Made by a program: the position numbers and the translations under genes
The notes under the pieces: model-generated
What the model was told of the DNA's origin: nothing
Seen by the model: only the letters and a program-made list of their open reading frames with translations
Databases searched by the model: none
Assembly: GCA_028534125.1 (NCBI GenBank)
Contig: CM052816.1
Location: 48,920,001-48,984,000, forward strand
DNA length: 64,000 bases
Source of the DNA: Lama glama
Lineage: Eukaryota
Reading direction: 5' to 3'
Part shown: positions 12,512-27,128 of the stretch, piece by piece
How the letters are laid out: every line of letters begins with the position of its first letter
Numbering within the stretch: position 1 is the stretch's first letter

Positions 12512-13515
12512 TGTGACAGTTATCAATTTATTGCCTCCCAGCTCCAAATCTACTCTTAATTGCCCTGCTTATGATGTGGGAGCTAGAATCTATAAACATT
12601 TCTCTTTTTCTGGATGACATGATGGTTGGGCAGCATACTGAACATCCAGTGGTGCTCACCTACAGTGAGATTCACTCCACTGCTCCAAGCAGTTTCCCAG
12701 TAAAGTTCTGCAAGCACTGCAACTGTCTTCTCCTTAGCTTAGCAGCAACCCTGTGGGCAACTTCCTGGGGAGTTTCATTGACACCGTATTTGGCATTTTC
12801 CTTGTTTGCCTACTTCTGTACTACAGTGAACCTTTTTGCCAGCCAGTGGCTGCAGCCACACCACCTCCAATGAGATCTGAATCTAAGCCAGAGGTAGAGG
12901 AATTTAAAAAAATTTTTCTTCCTTTGGTATTCTGCCTTAGTCTTAGGTGGCTGATGTCTATATCTGATACTTCTTTACTCTTTAGAATTCTATTGGATAC
13001 TTTACTAGTTAATCTCTTTTACTAGTTAATCAATCTTTATTATAAAGTCAGCCTATTTTCAAATGTATGTTTCCTATCTCTCAATGGGAGCCTGATCGAT
13101 ACAGATAATAGTGGTCCCAGGAGATAGACCCACAGAGATGAGATTTGGGGATTGGTATATTGTATCCTTGGGCTTTAATACATTGCTAAGTTCCTTGCTA
13201 ATTGGAAAAGGAATGCTAATAATTCAGGATTCCAGTGGCATCCTAAGAAATCAGGCTATCATCAGTGTCAGATTGTGATGAAGTTCTAAATAAAGCAAGT
13301 GACTTGGGAATCCAGTGACTGTTCACTTGACTGTTAGGGCAGTAGTGATGACTACAAGAACCTATGAGAACTATAGTGTCAGGTTCTTCTGTGTGTACTG
13401 CAGCACTTACAGAAAGCAAATGACAAGCTCAGGTCCCTTAACTCTCAGCTTAGGTCACAGTATGAAAAATAGAGCAATTCCTTGAAAGGCTGCAGGTCTG
13501 ATATTGCTTAAAAAT
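12512..13515 (+). mobile_element. ERVL: MER74-like 5' LTR (12512-13103) plus start of the internal region
   Basis: Start tgtgacagttatcaatttattgcctcccagctccaaatc matches my recollection of MER74; LTR ends gataca; followed by an ERVL-type leader (agtggtcccaggagatagacccacagag). Confidence 0.75.
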
Positions 13516-14613
13516 CAAAGGAAAATGTAAAGACAAAAATCAAAGGCAAATAAACTGTAGGGGAATAAACTTTTGTTCAAATGTGACATTTACTGAGTAT
13601 CTCTGATGCATTTAACACAAAGGTATATGATTGCCAATATATATATAAACAATGAAATCCACAGATTCTTTTCTCAAGGATTACACGTTGTTATTTGGGA
13701 AGACAATTCTAACTAATAAAGTATAATCATTGCATATGTATTATATATATTCACTATATATATAGTGAGTATATATATATATACACACACACACATACTA
13801 CAGATATGTAATATAATCATTACTAGTATACTATATATATGCACATTATATATCATTACATATGTGAGTGTATGTGTGTGTACTTTCATCTCTGCTACAA
13901 CCTTGCCCTCTATGGACAAAGGGGAGAAATAAAGATGATAGAAGAAAAGAACAAAACAAAAAAACATAAAAAGTAGCTTAAATAATATTCATACATTAGC
14001 AACTGAGTTAAAAAAAAGTGTGTAATTCACTCGATACCAGAGGTGTGCCATCACTTACATGACAATTACTGGAGAAAACAGTGAATCAGCTCAACTTTTA
14101 TCTGAAATAATAAGACTGTTGTGTTATTTACTGTAGTCAGATTTGTATAGAAAGCCACATTGATTGAAGGGAAAAAGTTCCTAAGCTATTTGCAATCTTA
14201 AGATCCTAACTCTGAATCTATACATATTATTTCACATTTATCGTACAGCGTTTAGAATAAAATTAATGTTGTATTTATTTTATCTTCCCAGCCATATGTT
14301 TGTATTAGTGGAGACTGTATTTCATAAGTATCTGCGTACTCTAGTGGCACTCTGCATAGTGACTTGATTTAGACATATTCATTTCCTTCATTTATTGTGT
14401 ATATTTACTGGCTAGTGAAATGGATACACTAGCTATCTTTTGGTATTTAAACTTCTATAAGCTTTTAGTTATTGGAATTAATATAACTCAATTTTTATGT
14501 ATAAAATATTAGTTAAATGATAATAAAAATTACTTAGACTTCATAATAAAATGTAAAAATGCAAATTCAAAAGCAAATGTTTTATAGCCTGTCATAATGC
14601 TGTCTTTCTATAG

Positions 14614-14825
14614 AAGGTTTCCCATCATAGGAAGTCTTTCTTTCTATTTGGAATTTTTAGGTAACAGGAATGAATATGTGAATACCAGTAATTTTGTACG
14701 TGTAATGAAAATTAGATACTGGCTTTAGAGTGAAAAGTTTGGAGTCATTCTTAAACAGCAATGTGTGGTTTTGAAATTTTCTAATTTTCAGAAAGAACTC
14801 CTCAAGACCTGAAGTTTTCTCTAAA
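14614..14825 (+). pseudogene. Two small candidate exons 14614-14660 and 14792-14825 splicing to KVSHHRKSFFLFGIF-R-KNSSRPEVFSK
   Basis: tctttctatag|...AG|gtaaca and tttctaattttcag|...|gtaatt; joined frame is stop-free, phase 0 in and phase 0 out. Confidence 0.4.
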
Positions 14826-16649
14826 GTAATTCAGTAAAATGACCAAATACCCCTCATTTTAATGGACTGTATCAGCCTCCTAGGAATTTTCTTTGGAACA
14901 TTAACTCGTCCCTTTATAGCCCTATTCTCAAATAATAGCTCTTGTCCTCTTTCAAAAAGTCAGCAGTTGTGAAAGCATTTTCTTAATAGGAGTTTTTCCC
15001 AGTCTTGTGGAGACAATATTTTTAAAGCTGTATTCATTCTTTTTGAGTATTTAGTTTGTTGAAATAGATCAAAAATATTTTGAGTCATTGTTACACATAA
15101 CAGTTCCATTAGTAGATATTTAGTAATTTTAGATAACTACCTTCCTTGTAATTAATAATTTTATAAAAATTATTAATTGGATATTTGATATATCTTCAGA
15201 ATGTTTGGTCCTGGAATTATAGAGAGAGATTAAATGTCCTTAAAATATGAAGAAATGAAAATAGAGCATGTTGACTGTGAATAAAGAAGTATAGAATATT
15301 TTCAGCTAAATCACAATGAAAGGAATGAAAACTAACTTCCTGAGAATTGGGGAAAGTGTCATAGAAGTGTGTAAAGAAGTATCTGAAATATGTATTGAAA
15401 AATGAGTGAGAATCATGAAGTGCATAAAAAGAACCATATTCCAGTTCAAAGTCAATGTGTAAAATATCAAAGAAGACTCAAAGACCAGTGAGAAACCCTG
15501 GGCACAATTCAATAATAGTGTCTGTGGGAAAGGGCAACCAAGACACACAATTAAATAAAATTTTGTTTATTAAGGAAAGATACTGGAATGTTCAGCTCTA
15601 AGTAACAGAAAATCTCAATTCAAACTTGCTTTAAAAACAGTACATTTATTGTACTACATGAAAGAAATTCAGTTTCAGAAATAAGAGCGTCATCATCAGG
15701 AAGTTTTAGGCATCTTCTAGACGTAACAACAGAGTATAGAAAAGAGTATTTGTGGTATTCATCTGAGACAGATGCCATTTGGAAACAAGGAATAAAAACT
15801 AATCTTAGAATAGGTAGTTGCATACACCTAAATAATTCAGATACCGAAAATATATAAAAATGCAAGTAAAGAGTATTCTAACTCCACTGTGGAAATATAT
15901 ATATATATGTATATATATATAATGTATGTATTAAATATTATATTATATAAATATATATAATATATGTATTAAATATTATATATAATATATATTACATCAA
16001 ATATATAAATAAAGCAGTTGAAGCAGAAACACAATCACATCCAAAGATAAAAGAGTTCTTTTCTGCTTTAGTATCTTTCTTAGCAGTAGAAAATCCTTCT
16101 CAAGGCTTTCTTAGCAGGTCTTCCTAGTTTGTCCTACTTTGATTACATGCCATTGATAAATCTGTTGTTGGGAAAAGAATGGGACCACCATGATCAACTG
16201 AGATTAATCAGAGAAGATAACCTAGAATTTTGGTGGCAGTCACTTTCTCAAGAAGGGCATGAATGGTTAAGTGAAATTGTATGTGTTTGGTTTGGTTTGG
16301 TTTTGCTTTTAAAGAAGGAAGATTAGGAGAGTATTGGATAGTTAACCAGCTGGTACTAAACTGAGAACAAAGTAAAATATCCACGTGTTTAATAAAGTTG
16401 ATAGTGTTTATAAAATCAGTGAGACTCTCTCAGGCTTATAGCATCAAATAAACATAACATTTTGGGGTGCTAGGTTCCAGGGTGATGTTCTCAGTCAAGC
16501 TGATATGGTTTAGAAAAGATTAAATACCTCTATATTCTTCTTTTCTTTGACATTATGCTGTAAGTTTGAGTTTAACAAATGAGAAACCAGCAGACGTCCT
16601 TATAAGAGAATGATGAGTTTTCTTTTGAAAAGCTAGTGGTAAAAAGGAT

Positions 16650-17500
16650 AATGGCTAATCTAAGACCCCTTAAGTTAGAAGAAGGAAAATCAAGTTTGAA
16701 ACATTGGAACATATCAGGAGAAATACTACATAGGGCTTAGTTAAGAAAGTGATAATGATATTTGAGAAGAGTGGAATTTTTTTTTTACATATGTTTGGGG
16801 TCAATATTTGTAGGATTTATGAACAATTAAATGTTGAAAGAGGAGGAGTAAAGAATGAGGAAAGTTTTATTTTGAGATTGAGCAGAGACCTACGGGAAAT
16901 ACAGGGAGTAGTTAAAGAAGAGGAATAAGGATTATGTTCCAGAGATAACTGTGAAAAAAGAATCTTGAGTGGAGTAGAATAGTGAGTTCATGATGCTGAA
17001 ATAGGGAAAGTGTTTTTGAAATCTGGAGTATGGAAGAAGCAGAGACTAAGAGACTATAAAGGGAAGTAGGGGGCAGACCATGATAAATAGAGCTTTATCA
17101 TATTAATTGATTTTAATCTTTATTTGAAGAGCAATAGGAAGACTTGTTGCTTTCTGGAGACATAATTGAAAAGTCTTTATGAAGAAGCCAGACAGAATAC
17201 CTTTGCTGTGTTCCACGTAAGTGATAGCAATAGCTTGCATCAGATTGATGGCAATAGATAGGGAGAAAGGAAATATGATTTTGAAATACTCCCATCATAC
17301 AATTCAGCTGTTAATAATGAATTGTCTCTGGGAGCATTGGACAGCCAAGTAAACTGATGGCACCTAGGTGTCTGGCTTTTGGAAAGGAATGAATAGTGCC
17401 ATGCTCTAATAGAGAAATGAAACTAGAAGAGAGCTAAATTTGGAAGGTAAGATTATAAATTTGCTTTTGGGCATTTGATTTGATTTGCTACCTATGTTCC
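16650..17500 (-). mobile_element. Degraded L2 fragments
   Basis: Purine-rich sequence with typical antisense L2 wording; boundaries vague. Confidence 0.45.
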
Positions 17501-18269
17501 AAAATTGAACAGCTGAGTTTAAGACAGAGTCCACCAAAGAAAATTATAGGTTATTTTCCTGTATCCAGCCACTCAATTTAGGTGTTTTTTTTTTCACTTT
17601 AGGGTTTCTAGGATTCTTTCTATCTTGTTTAATTTCTGTACTATCTCATATACACATAACTGCAGTTATCACAAACATGGAGGTGACTCACAAATTTATA
17701 GAACAAGTTAATAGTCTTCTGTCTCACTCTATTTCCTCTTTAGGTAATCTCACACATACATAGTCTCAATAACCACAAACTTGTAAATGACTCATAAAAT
17801 TATAGTTAAGCTTGGGACTGCTTTGCTGATAATGACCCAAATATGTCCAGTTATTTCTTAATGTTTTCTTTGAACTGTCTCAAAATCACCAGAAACTTTA
17901 AAAAATGAAATACAGATGATTTCAGGAGGGACCAAGCAACTATTGACAGGATAATAGACAAAACTAAAAACTATCCTGTTACTAATGTGAACATACTGAG
18001 TGAGATTGAAGAACAATTTTAGTGGTTGATGAGGATAGAAGACAGACTTTATTGGGTTGAGTAATGAATATGAGATAAAAAAAATGAGACAGTGAGTAAT
18101 GAAGTTTGCCTTGTAATAGGAGGACATTAATTACTTTTTTTAATAAAGGAAAAGATAAAATATGCAAAAGCCAACTGCAAATACACAATAGCAAGGGGGT
18201 GTATTAGAAGTGTAAATTTCTTGAGATTAAGAGGGCATGAAAATAAAAGCAAACATGGAAGGATTAAAA

Positions 18270-18405
18270 CACAGAATGCTGAGCTCCAGACCCAGAATTT
18301 GTGATTTAGTAGCTCTTGGTGAGGCCAACAGTTTGCTTTTGTAATGAGTTCCAAGTTGATACAGATGTTGCTGGTCCATGGACCACCCTTTGCAAGAGTC
18401 ACTGC
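18270..18405. mobile_element. MER5-like hAT DNA transposon relic
   Basis: gatgttgctggtccatggaccaccctttg...cactg terminal motif. Confidence 0.65.
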
Positions 18406-18776
18406 TGTGAAGAATGGGGATTAAACTGAGAAAGAAAGGAAGGAAGGAAGGTAGGAAGGAAGAAAAAAATAGTAGCAGTGTTATTGGGCCCTGCTGAGTG
18501 CTAATTTTAAATTGTGATCCGATATTACAGTATTACAAGTTTACTCTAATATTTGTGTAATTTTCTAGTAGCCCTTGACTACTAGGATACTTAATCACCA
18601 AAGCATATCAATTTTGGGGACAGTCAGGGTTAGGGCACAATGGAAAGGTAGAGGGAAAGATAGATGTTCATGGGGTGGGTACAAATATTATTTCAATGAT
18701 AGACTTTAAAATCTTAACTGAGCATTTTTATTCTAGTTTTAAGTTACTCTGTGATAATATAGTGGGTGGACACAGT

Positions 18777-21700
18777 TTAATACAAAAGAAAATTATGAAA
18801 CCACACACACAAAAAGAAAGAAAGAAAGAAAAAGGAACAAAGAAGAAATGTCAAATCAAATGGAAAGCAAAGTTTAGAAAGTAAATAAATGCACATCTGT
18901 CAATAATTACCATAAATGTCAATGGACTAAACGCTCCAATCAAAAGACATAGAGTGGCAGGTTGGATAATAAAACAAGAGTTTACAATATGCTGCCTATG
19001 AGACCCACTTTAGGGTGAAGGACACACATAGATTAAAAGTGACAGAGTGGAAAAACATATTTCATGCAAATGGAAATGACAAGAAAGCAGGAGTGGCAGT
19101 ACTTATATCAGACAAAATAGACTTTAAAGCAAAGCCTATAAAAATAAAGAAGGACACTATATAATGATCAAAGGAGCAATATAAGAAAAGGATATTACAG
19201 TCATTAACATATATCCACCCAATATAGGAAGACCTAAATACATAAAACAAACACTAAGATATAAAGAGAGAACTGATGGGAACACAATAAAAAGGAGACT
19301 TTAACACCCTGCTAATATCTTTAGACATATCTTCCAGGCAGAAAATCAGTAAGGCAACGGAGATACTAAATGACACAACAGAACAGTTGGACTTAATTAA
19401 TATTTTTAGAATGTTATATCCTAATGGCCTAAAAACAGAATATACATTCTTTTCAAGTGTGCATGGAACATTCTCTAGGATAGATCATGTACTCGGGCAC
19501 AAAAGAAGCCTCAGCAAATTTAAGAAGATAAAAATTATTTCAAGCATCTTTTCTGACCACAATGCCATAAAACTAGAAATCTACCACAGAAAAACAAATG
19601 AGAAAAAAATTACTGCATGGAGACTAAACAACATGCTACTAAAAAAAAAATGGATCAGAATGAAATCAAAGAAGTTATTAAAAATACCGTGAGACAAGTG
19701 ACAATGAAAACACAACCACACAAAATCTATGTGATGCAGCAAAAACAGTCCTAAGAGAGAAGTTCATAGCAATACAGGCCTTCCTCAAAACACAAGAACA
19801 GTCTTAAACAACCTACCTTATCACCTGAAAGAATTAGTAAAAGTACAACAAACCTAAAGTTAGCAGAAGGGAAGAAAGAATACAGATCAGCGATGAAATA
19901 AATAAAACAGAGATTAAAAAACAATAGAAAAAAATCAGTCAAACCAAGAGCTGCTTTTTCAAAAGAGTAAAAAAAAAAAATTGACAAACTCCTGGCCATG
20001 CTCACCAAGAAGAAAAGTGAGAGAACACAAATAAAATTATAAAGGAAAATGGAGAAGTTACAACCAACACCATAAAAATATAAAAAACTGTAATAGAATG
20101 CAGTGAACAACTATATGGCCACATATTGGACAGCCTGGAAGTGGACAAGTTTCTAGAAAGATACATGCCACCAAAACTGAATCAAGAAGAAATAGATCAT
20201 TTGAACAGACCAATCACTAGAAATGAAATAGAATCATGATAAAACACCTCCCTGCAAACAAAAATCCAAGACCAGATGTCTTCGCTGGGAATAATACCAA
20301 ATATACAAAAAAGAATTCATACTGATCCTTGTCAAACTCTTCCAAAAGACTGAAGAGGAGGGAATACTCCCAAACTCATTCCGTGAAGCCACCATCACCC
20401 TGATACCAAATACGACAAAGATACTGCCAAAAAAGAAAACTATAGGTCAATATCATGATGAACATAGATGCAAAAATCCTACAAAATATTGGCAAACAGA
20501 ATCCAACAGCACATAAAAAAGATCATACACTATGATCAAATTAGATTCATCCCAGAGACATAAGGATGGTTCAACATACACAAATCAATCAATGTAATAC
20601 ATCACATGAACAAAAGAAAGGACAAATATCACATGATCATCTCAATAGATGCAGAAAAAACATTTGATAAAATTCAACACCCATTTATGATAAAAACTCT
20701 AACCAAAGTAGATTTAGAGGGGACATAATGTAATAAAAGCTATTTATGACAAACGCAGAGCAAGCATAATACTCAGTGGGGAAAAATTGAGTCTTTCTAC
20801 TAAAATCTGAAACAAGACAAGGATGCCCACTCTCACCACCTCTATTCGATATAGTATTGGAAGTCCTAGCTATAGCAATCAGGCAGGAAAAAGAAATAAA
20901 AGGGATCCAAATTGGAAGAGAAGAGGTAAATTGTCACTATATGTGGATGAAATGATACTATATATAGAAATACCTAAAGGCTCCACAAAAAAACTACTAG
21001 AACTGGTAAAAGAATTTGGCAAAATAGCAAGATACAAATTTAACATACAGAAATCAGTTGTCTTTCTTTACACTAACAATGAAATAACAGAAAAATAAAG
21101 AACAATCCCTTTTAAAGTTTCATACAAAAAATAAATAGATAAATAAAATACTGAGGAATAAATGTGACCAAGGAGGTGAAAGACTTATACACAGAGAACT
21201 ACAAAACATTGATTCAGGAAATTAATGATGATTTAAAGGAATAGAAAGATACCGCATGCTCTTGCACTGGAAGAATTAATTTTCTTAAAACGGCTCTACT
21301 ACTGAAAGAAATCTACAGATTTAATGTGATCCCTATCAAATTACCCAGAACATTTTTCACAGAAGAGAAAATATTCCTAATATTTATATGGAATCACAGA
21401 AGACCCAGAATTGCCAAGGCAGTACTAAAGAAAAAGAATGAAGCTGGAAGAATAACCTGCCCAGACATCAAACAATACTACAGAGCTACAATAATTAACA
21501 CACATATTATTGGCATAAAAACAGACACATGGATCAATAGAACAGAATAGAGAGCCCATAAATAAACCTATAGACTTATGACCAATTAATCTTCAACAAA
21601 GAAGGCAAGAATATACAACGGAGAAAAGACAGTTTCTTTAGCGAGTGGTGTTCAGAAAACTGTACTGTCACATGTAAATCAGTGAAGTCAGAACACTCCC

Positions 21701-22292
21701 TCACACCATACACACAAATAAGCTCAAAATGGCTTAAAGACTTAAATATAAGACAGGATATTTTAAACCTCCTAGAAGAAAACATAGGCAAAATTAATCT
21801 TAGCATTGTTCCCCAAGGGCAGTCTAACCATGCAATAGAAATAAAAGCAAAAATAAATGGGACCTAATTCAACTTACAAGTTTTTGTACAGCAAAGGAAA
21901 CCACAAGCAGAACAAAACAACCACCTATGGAATTGGAGAAAATACCTGCAAATGATGTAATTGATAAAGGTTTAATTTCCAGAATATAGAAACAGTTCAT
22001 ACAACTTAATAAGAAAAAAAAAAAAACCCAAAATGGGCAGAAGAACTAAACAAGCAGTTTTCCAGTGTAGGCATCCAAATGGCTAATAGGCCCATGAAAA
22101 AAATGCTCAACATAGCTAATTATCAGAGAAATGTAAATCAAAGCTACAATGAGGTTTTACCTCAACCAGTCAGAATGGCCATCATTCAAAAGTCCACAAA
22201 TGATAAATGCTGGAGTGGCTCTGGAGAAAAGGGAACCCTCCTACACTGCTGGTGGGATTGTAGTTTGGTGCAGCCATTATGAAAAACAGTAT
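18777..22292 (+). mobile_element. L1 with nearly the whole ORF2 (EN, RT, C-terminus), disrupted, lacking 3' UTR and poly(A)
   Basis: NVNGLNAPIKRHRVA at ~18915; YTFFSSVHGTFSRIDH (ORF 19387); YVDEMILY (~20940); ends abruptly at gaaaaacagtat. Confidence 0.95.
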
Positions 22293-22538
22293 ATATACAT
22301 ATGTATTTCAGTAAATGATATATAAATTTCTAGTTATTAAGAACATGGAAAGATAATTGAAAAGGCTGTGATTTTTAGATTTTAATTAATTTTGTATTAT
22401 TATTTTAGGGGGAAGCATTAACTCTTTCAAGTTATTAGAGTTACATTAATTTCTGTAGTGAAGTGAATCTGTAAGTGTCAAAAATATAAATCAGTTAGTG
22501 TCACCCTTCTTCTCTGGAAACTTGTTCTCTACTTTTAG

Positions 22539-22573
22539 GAAAGTGATATGTATCAGTGCCAGAATTTGTTTCA
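22539..22573 (+). pseudogene. Candidate 35-nt fossil exon
   Basis: ttgttctctacttttag| ... |gtaagt; two frames open (ESDMYQCQNLF or KVICISARICF). Confidence 0.35.
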
Positions 22574-22739
22574 GTAAGTTGCAAAATGCTCACATAAATG
22601 AGTTACCTGGAACCATGATAGATATCCTTTTAAACTTTTAGCTAGAGAGTAAAAGTCTAAAATAATAGAAATAGCAGTGAGAAAGTTATTATGTTCATTA
22701 TTTTTGACCTAGGGACTTTCACATGCCATGTTTCATGTT

Positions 22740-23250
22740 CATTTGATTTTAGATAAGGGTGCCAGAGCAATCTAATAAAGATGGGAAAGCCTTTGCAAAA
22801 TATACTGTTGGAATAATTTAGTATCCATTTAAGAAATAAAATAAAATAAACCTCATTCCATATCTTATACTGTGAAGAGGCATGAGGTTACTTCCTAGGG
22901 TGATTGTAATACTTCATATTTTGATGTATTTGATGTTTCATTGGTGTAATTTGTCAAGGTTTAGAAAAGACTCAAGATTTATACATTTCTTTCATGTAAA
23001 TTTTACCATAAAAGATACACATATTTAAAGAAATACTTGTCTCTAAATAATATGAATGCTACAATTAGTAAGAAACATGAAAATTACCAGGGATAACTGC
23101 AAGGGATAACAGTGATAGATTAATGATAGATGTGATAATGCAGATAAAGTAAAACTTTTGATGATAGACTCTAAGCTGTTTATTTTAGTACTCACTGAAA
23201 AATTCTTTCACTTTTTCTCTATATTGAACATTTTCATAATAAAGGTTTGA
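22740..23250 (+). mobile_element. Ancient L1ME-like 3' fragment
   Basis: ttgattttagataagggtgccagagcaat...; ttgaacattttcataataaa 3' end. Confidence 0.55.
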
Positions 23251-23299
23251 AGATGAAAGATTGTCATGCCAGAAATGGTTTATTCCTCTTATATTTTAA

Positions 23300-25872
23300 A
23301 AATTTTTTCCCAGTTTTATTGAGATATAATTGATATACAGCATTTATAGTTTGAAGGTATATGACATAATGATTTGACTTATATACATCATGAATTGGTT
23401 ATCACAGTAAGTTTAGTAAACATTTATCATCTCGTATAGATACAAAATTAAAGAAATAGAAAAAATTTTCCTTGTGATGAGAGCTCTTAGGATGTACTCT
23501 TTTAACAATTTTCATATATAACATACAATATAGCAGTGTTAATTATATTTACCATGTTGTACATTACATCACTACTACTTATTTTTCTTTTAACTGGAAG
23601 TTTAAAAACCTTTGACTGCTTTCATCATATTCCCCGTCGCCTATTCGCCACCTCTAGTAACCACAAATCTGATTTCTTTTTCTATGAGTTTATTTGTTTT
23701 TGAAGTATAATTGATCTACAATACTATGTTAGTTCCTCTTATATAGCACAGTGATTCAATATTTCTATATGTTTCAAAATGATCACAGTAAGTCTAATTG
23801 TATGTCACCATACAAAGATATTATGTAGTTAGTTATTGACTATGTTCCTTACATTGTACGTGTCATCCTGTAAATGGTTTATTTTGCAACTAGAAGTATC
23901 TGTGTCTTATTAATCTCTCTCAACTTTTTCATTCCTCTTTGACCCTCTGTTCTCTGGCAACCACCTGTTCATTCTATATACCATATTTCTATTTCTGTTT
24001 CAGTGTGTTTATTTGTTTTGTTTGTTGGATTCCACATGTAAATGAGATCATATGGTATTTGTCTGACTTATTTAACTTAGCATAATACCCTCTAGGTCTA
24101 TCCATGTTGAAGGAAATGAAAAAAATTAATTTTTATGACTGAATAATATTCTGTCACATATATATATATGTATATATATACACACACACACACATATATG
24201 GGCATCTAGTTTGCTTCTTTCTCTTGCCTATTATAAATAATGCTGTAGTGAACATAGGGGTATGTATGTCTTTTCTAATTAGTGTTTTCATTTTCTTCAG
24301 ATTAAATAGCCAGGAGTGAAATTGNNNNNNNNNNNNNNNNNNNNNNNNNNNNNNNNNNNNNNNNNNNNNNNNNNNNNNNNNNNNNNNNNNNNNNNNNNNN
24401 NNNNNNNNNNNNNNNNNNNNNNNNAGCAGAGGAAACCAGAAATAAAACAAGAAGAAAACCTACGGAATGGGAGAAAATTTTTGCAAGTGAAACCGACAAA
24501 GGCTTGACCTCCAGAATATATAAGCAGCTCATACGACTCAATAAGAAAAAAATAAACATAATGTTTTGCATAGTGGCTGCATCAATTTACATTCCCACCA
24601 ACAGTGTGCAGGAGGGTAACCTTTTCTCCATATGCTCAACAACATATTATTTGTTGTCTGATACTAGCCTGTGACAAATGTAAGGTGATATTTCATTATG
24701 GTTTTGATTTGCATTTCTCTGGTGATTAGTGATGTTGAGCATCTTTTGAAGTACCTGTTGACCATCTGTCTGTCTTCTTTGCAAAAATGTCTATTCATAT
24801 CCTCTCTCCATTTTTGAAATGAATCGTTTGTTTTATTGATTTTGTTTCATGGTTTTTGGTATGTTTTGAATATTAACCCCCTACTGGTTATATTGTTTGT
24901 AGATATCTTCTCTCATTCAGTAGGTGTCCTTTTTGTTTTGTTGATAATTTTCTTCACTGTGAAACGGCTTTTAAGTTTGATATAATCCCATTTGATTATT
25001 TTTACTTTTGTTTCCCTTACCTGAGGAGACATAGCAATACAAATACTTCTGCTTATGTTTCTGCCTATGAGTCTTCTAGAAGTTTTATGCTTTCAGGTCT
25101 TACATTTAAGGATTTAATCCATTGTGAATTTAACCCATGGTGTGAGAGAATAGTCCAATTTGATATTTTTGTATGTAGCTCTTCAGTTTTCCCTATACCA
25201 TTTATTGGAGAGGCTCTCTTTTCCCCATTGTATACTCTTGCCTTCTTTGTCAGAGGTTAATTGCCAGTATAAGTGTGGGTTCATTTCTTGGCTCTCTGTC
25301 CTTTTCCACTAAATATGCTTCTGTTTTTGTGCCAAAACCATACCATTTTGATTACTGTAGCTTTATAGTATAACTTGAGATCAGGGAGTGTGATACCTCC
25401 AACTTCTCAAGATTGTTTTGCTATTTAGAGTCTTTTGTGTTTCTATTCAAATTTTAGACTTGTTCTAGTTCTGTGAAAAGTGACGTTGATACTTTGATAG
25501 GCATTGCATTGAATTTGTAGATTGCTTTGTTTAGTATGGCCATTTTGACAATATTAATTCTTAGAATCCATGAACACAATATCTGTTTATGTCCTTTTCA
25601 ATTTCTTTCATCAGTGTCTTACAGTGTTCTAAGTACAGGTCTTTTAACACCTTAGTTAGATTTATTCCTAGGTATTTTATTCTTTTTGATGCAATTGTAA
25701 ATGAGATTGTTTTGTTAATTCTCTTTCTGATAGTTTGTTCTCAATATATAGAAATGCAACAGATTTCTAGTTGTTAATTTTGTATTTCAAAACTTTACTA
25801 AATTCATTGATGAGCCCTAATAGTTTTTTGGTGGCATCTTTGGGAGTTACTCTGTTTAGTATCATGTCATAT
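23300..25872 (-). mobile_element. L1 (L1MA-like 3' UTR through RT), antisense, containing a gap and a younger + strand L1 piece (24425-24558)
   Basis: tttttttcccagttttattgagatataattga 3' end; continuous antisense ORF2 up to atcatgtcat (YADD region). Confidence 0.9.
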
Positions 25873-26290
25873 ACAAGCTGCATCTTTTCTGACCACATCA
25901 CTATGAAACTGGAAACCAATTGCAAGAATAAAATTGTCAGAAACTCCCCAAAACAAAAACCAAACATATAAAGGCTAAACAGTATGCTATTAAACAATCA
26001 GTGGATCAGTGAACAAGGAAGATATCAAATAATATTTGGAGACAAATGAAAAGTAAAACATAATTATCCAAAATCTATGAGACACAGCAAAAGCAGTTCT
26101 AAGAGGGAAGTTTATAGTGATACAAGCTTACCTAAGGAAATAAGAAAAATTTCAAACAACCTGACCTTATCCCTAAAGAAACTAAAAAAGAAAAAAAACA
26201 AAACAAAAAACAAAAGTACAAACAGATCCCAGTGTAAGTGGAAGGAAATAAAGTAATAAAGATCAGAGCAGAAATAAATGAAATAGAGGC
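25873..26290 (+). mobile_element. L1 ORF2 endonuclease C-terminal fragment, opposite in orientation to its neighbour
   Basis: IFSDHITMKLETN...LNSMLLNNQWI = L1 EN SDH motif region. Confidence 0.85.
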
Positions 26291-26334
26291 AATGTATGCA
26301 AGTGTTATACATGTCAGTGTTATACAATGAAAAT

Positions 26335-26720
26335 TCTCGTCATGATTTTGATTTTCATTTCTCTAATGGTTAGTAATACTGAGTATCTTTTCATATGCCT
26401 CTTGGTTGTCTATATGTCTTTTTTGGAAAAAATGTCTATTTATGTCCTCTGCCCATTTTTTATTGTTTTTAAATTTGAGTTATATGAATTAGTTGTATAT
26501 TTTGGATATTAACCCCTTATCAGTTATATTGTTTACAGATATCTTCTCCCTTTCAGTAGGCAGCCTTTTCATTTTGTTAATAATGTCCTTCACTGTTCAA
26601 AAGTGTTTTAATTTGATTTAAGCCTGTTTATTTATGGTTCTCTTTCCCATACCTGAGGAAATATTTTTAAAAATTGCTAAGATTGATGCTGAAGAGCTTA
26701 CTGCCTATGTTTTCTTATTG
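26335..26720 (-). mobile_element. L1 ORF2 3' fragment
   Basis: gattttgattttcatttctctaatggttagt...gatattaaccccttatcag. Confidence 0.8.
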
Positions 26721-27128
26721 AATTGTTTTATCCCTCGTTTAAAATATATACTTGAAAGCATGGACCAAGAAATACATTGTAAAATCATGGCAAAAGAGGA
26801 ATGAAGAAAAAAAAGTAGAATGAGGATTATAGTTTACTCTTATGAAATATCCTTAGAGGAATTGTATATTGTGCTTACAGTTTATTTGATATAGAAGATA
26901 AAATATTTGAAATCATCCTCAATAAATATTGCATAAGTCAAGCTAAAACTTACTTAACAAATCAGGAATTAAAAATTTATATGTAATTATAAAAACTGGG
27001 GAAAATGTTTAGTAGTTTTCTTTCTGGAGGCACAGTGGAATTGCAATAGTTTCTTAAAAATGCAGGTATCATTGCCAAAGACTAACACATTTATGGAAAT
27101 ATTTATTTCTTTCTCTTTTTTTGTTCAG

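Noticed and set aside
18777..22292. Potentially active L1 ORF2
   Set aside because: Broken into many short ORFs by stops and frameshifts; no 5' UTR, ORF1 or tail.
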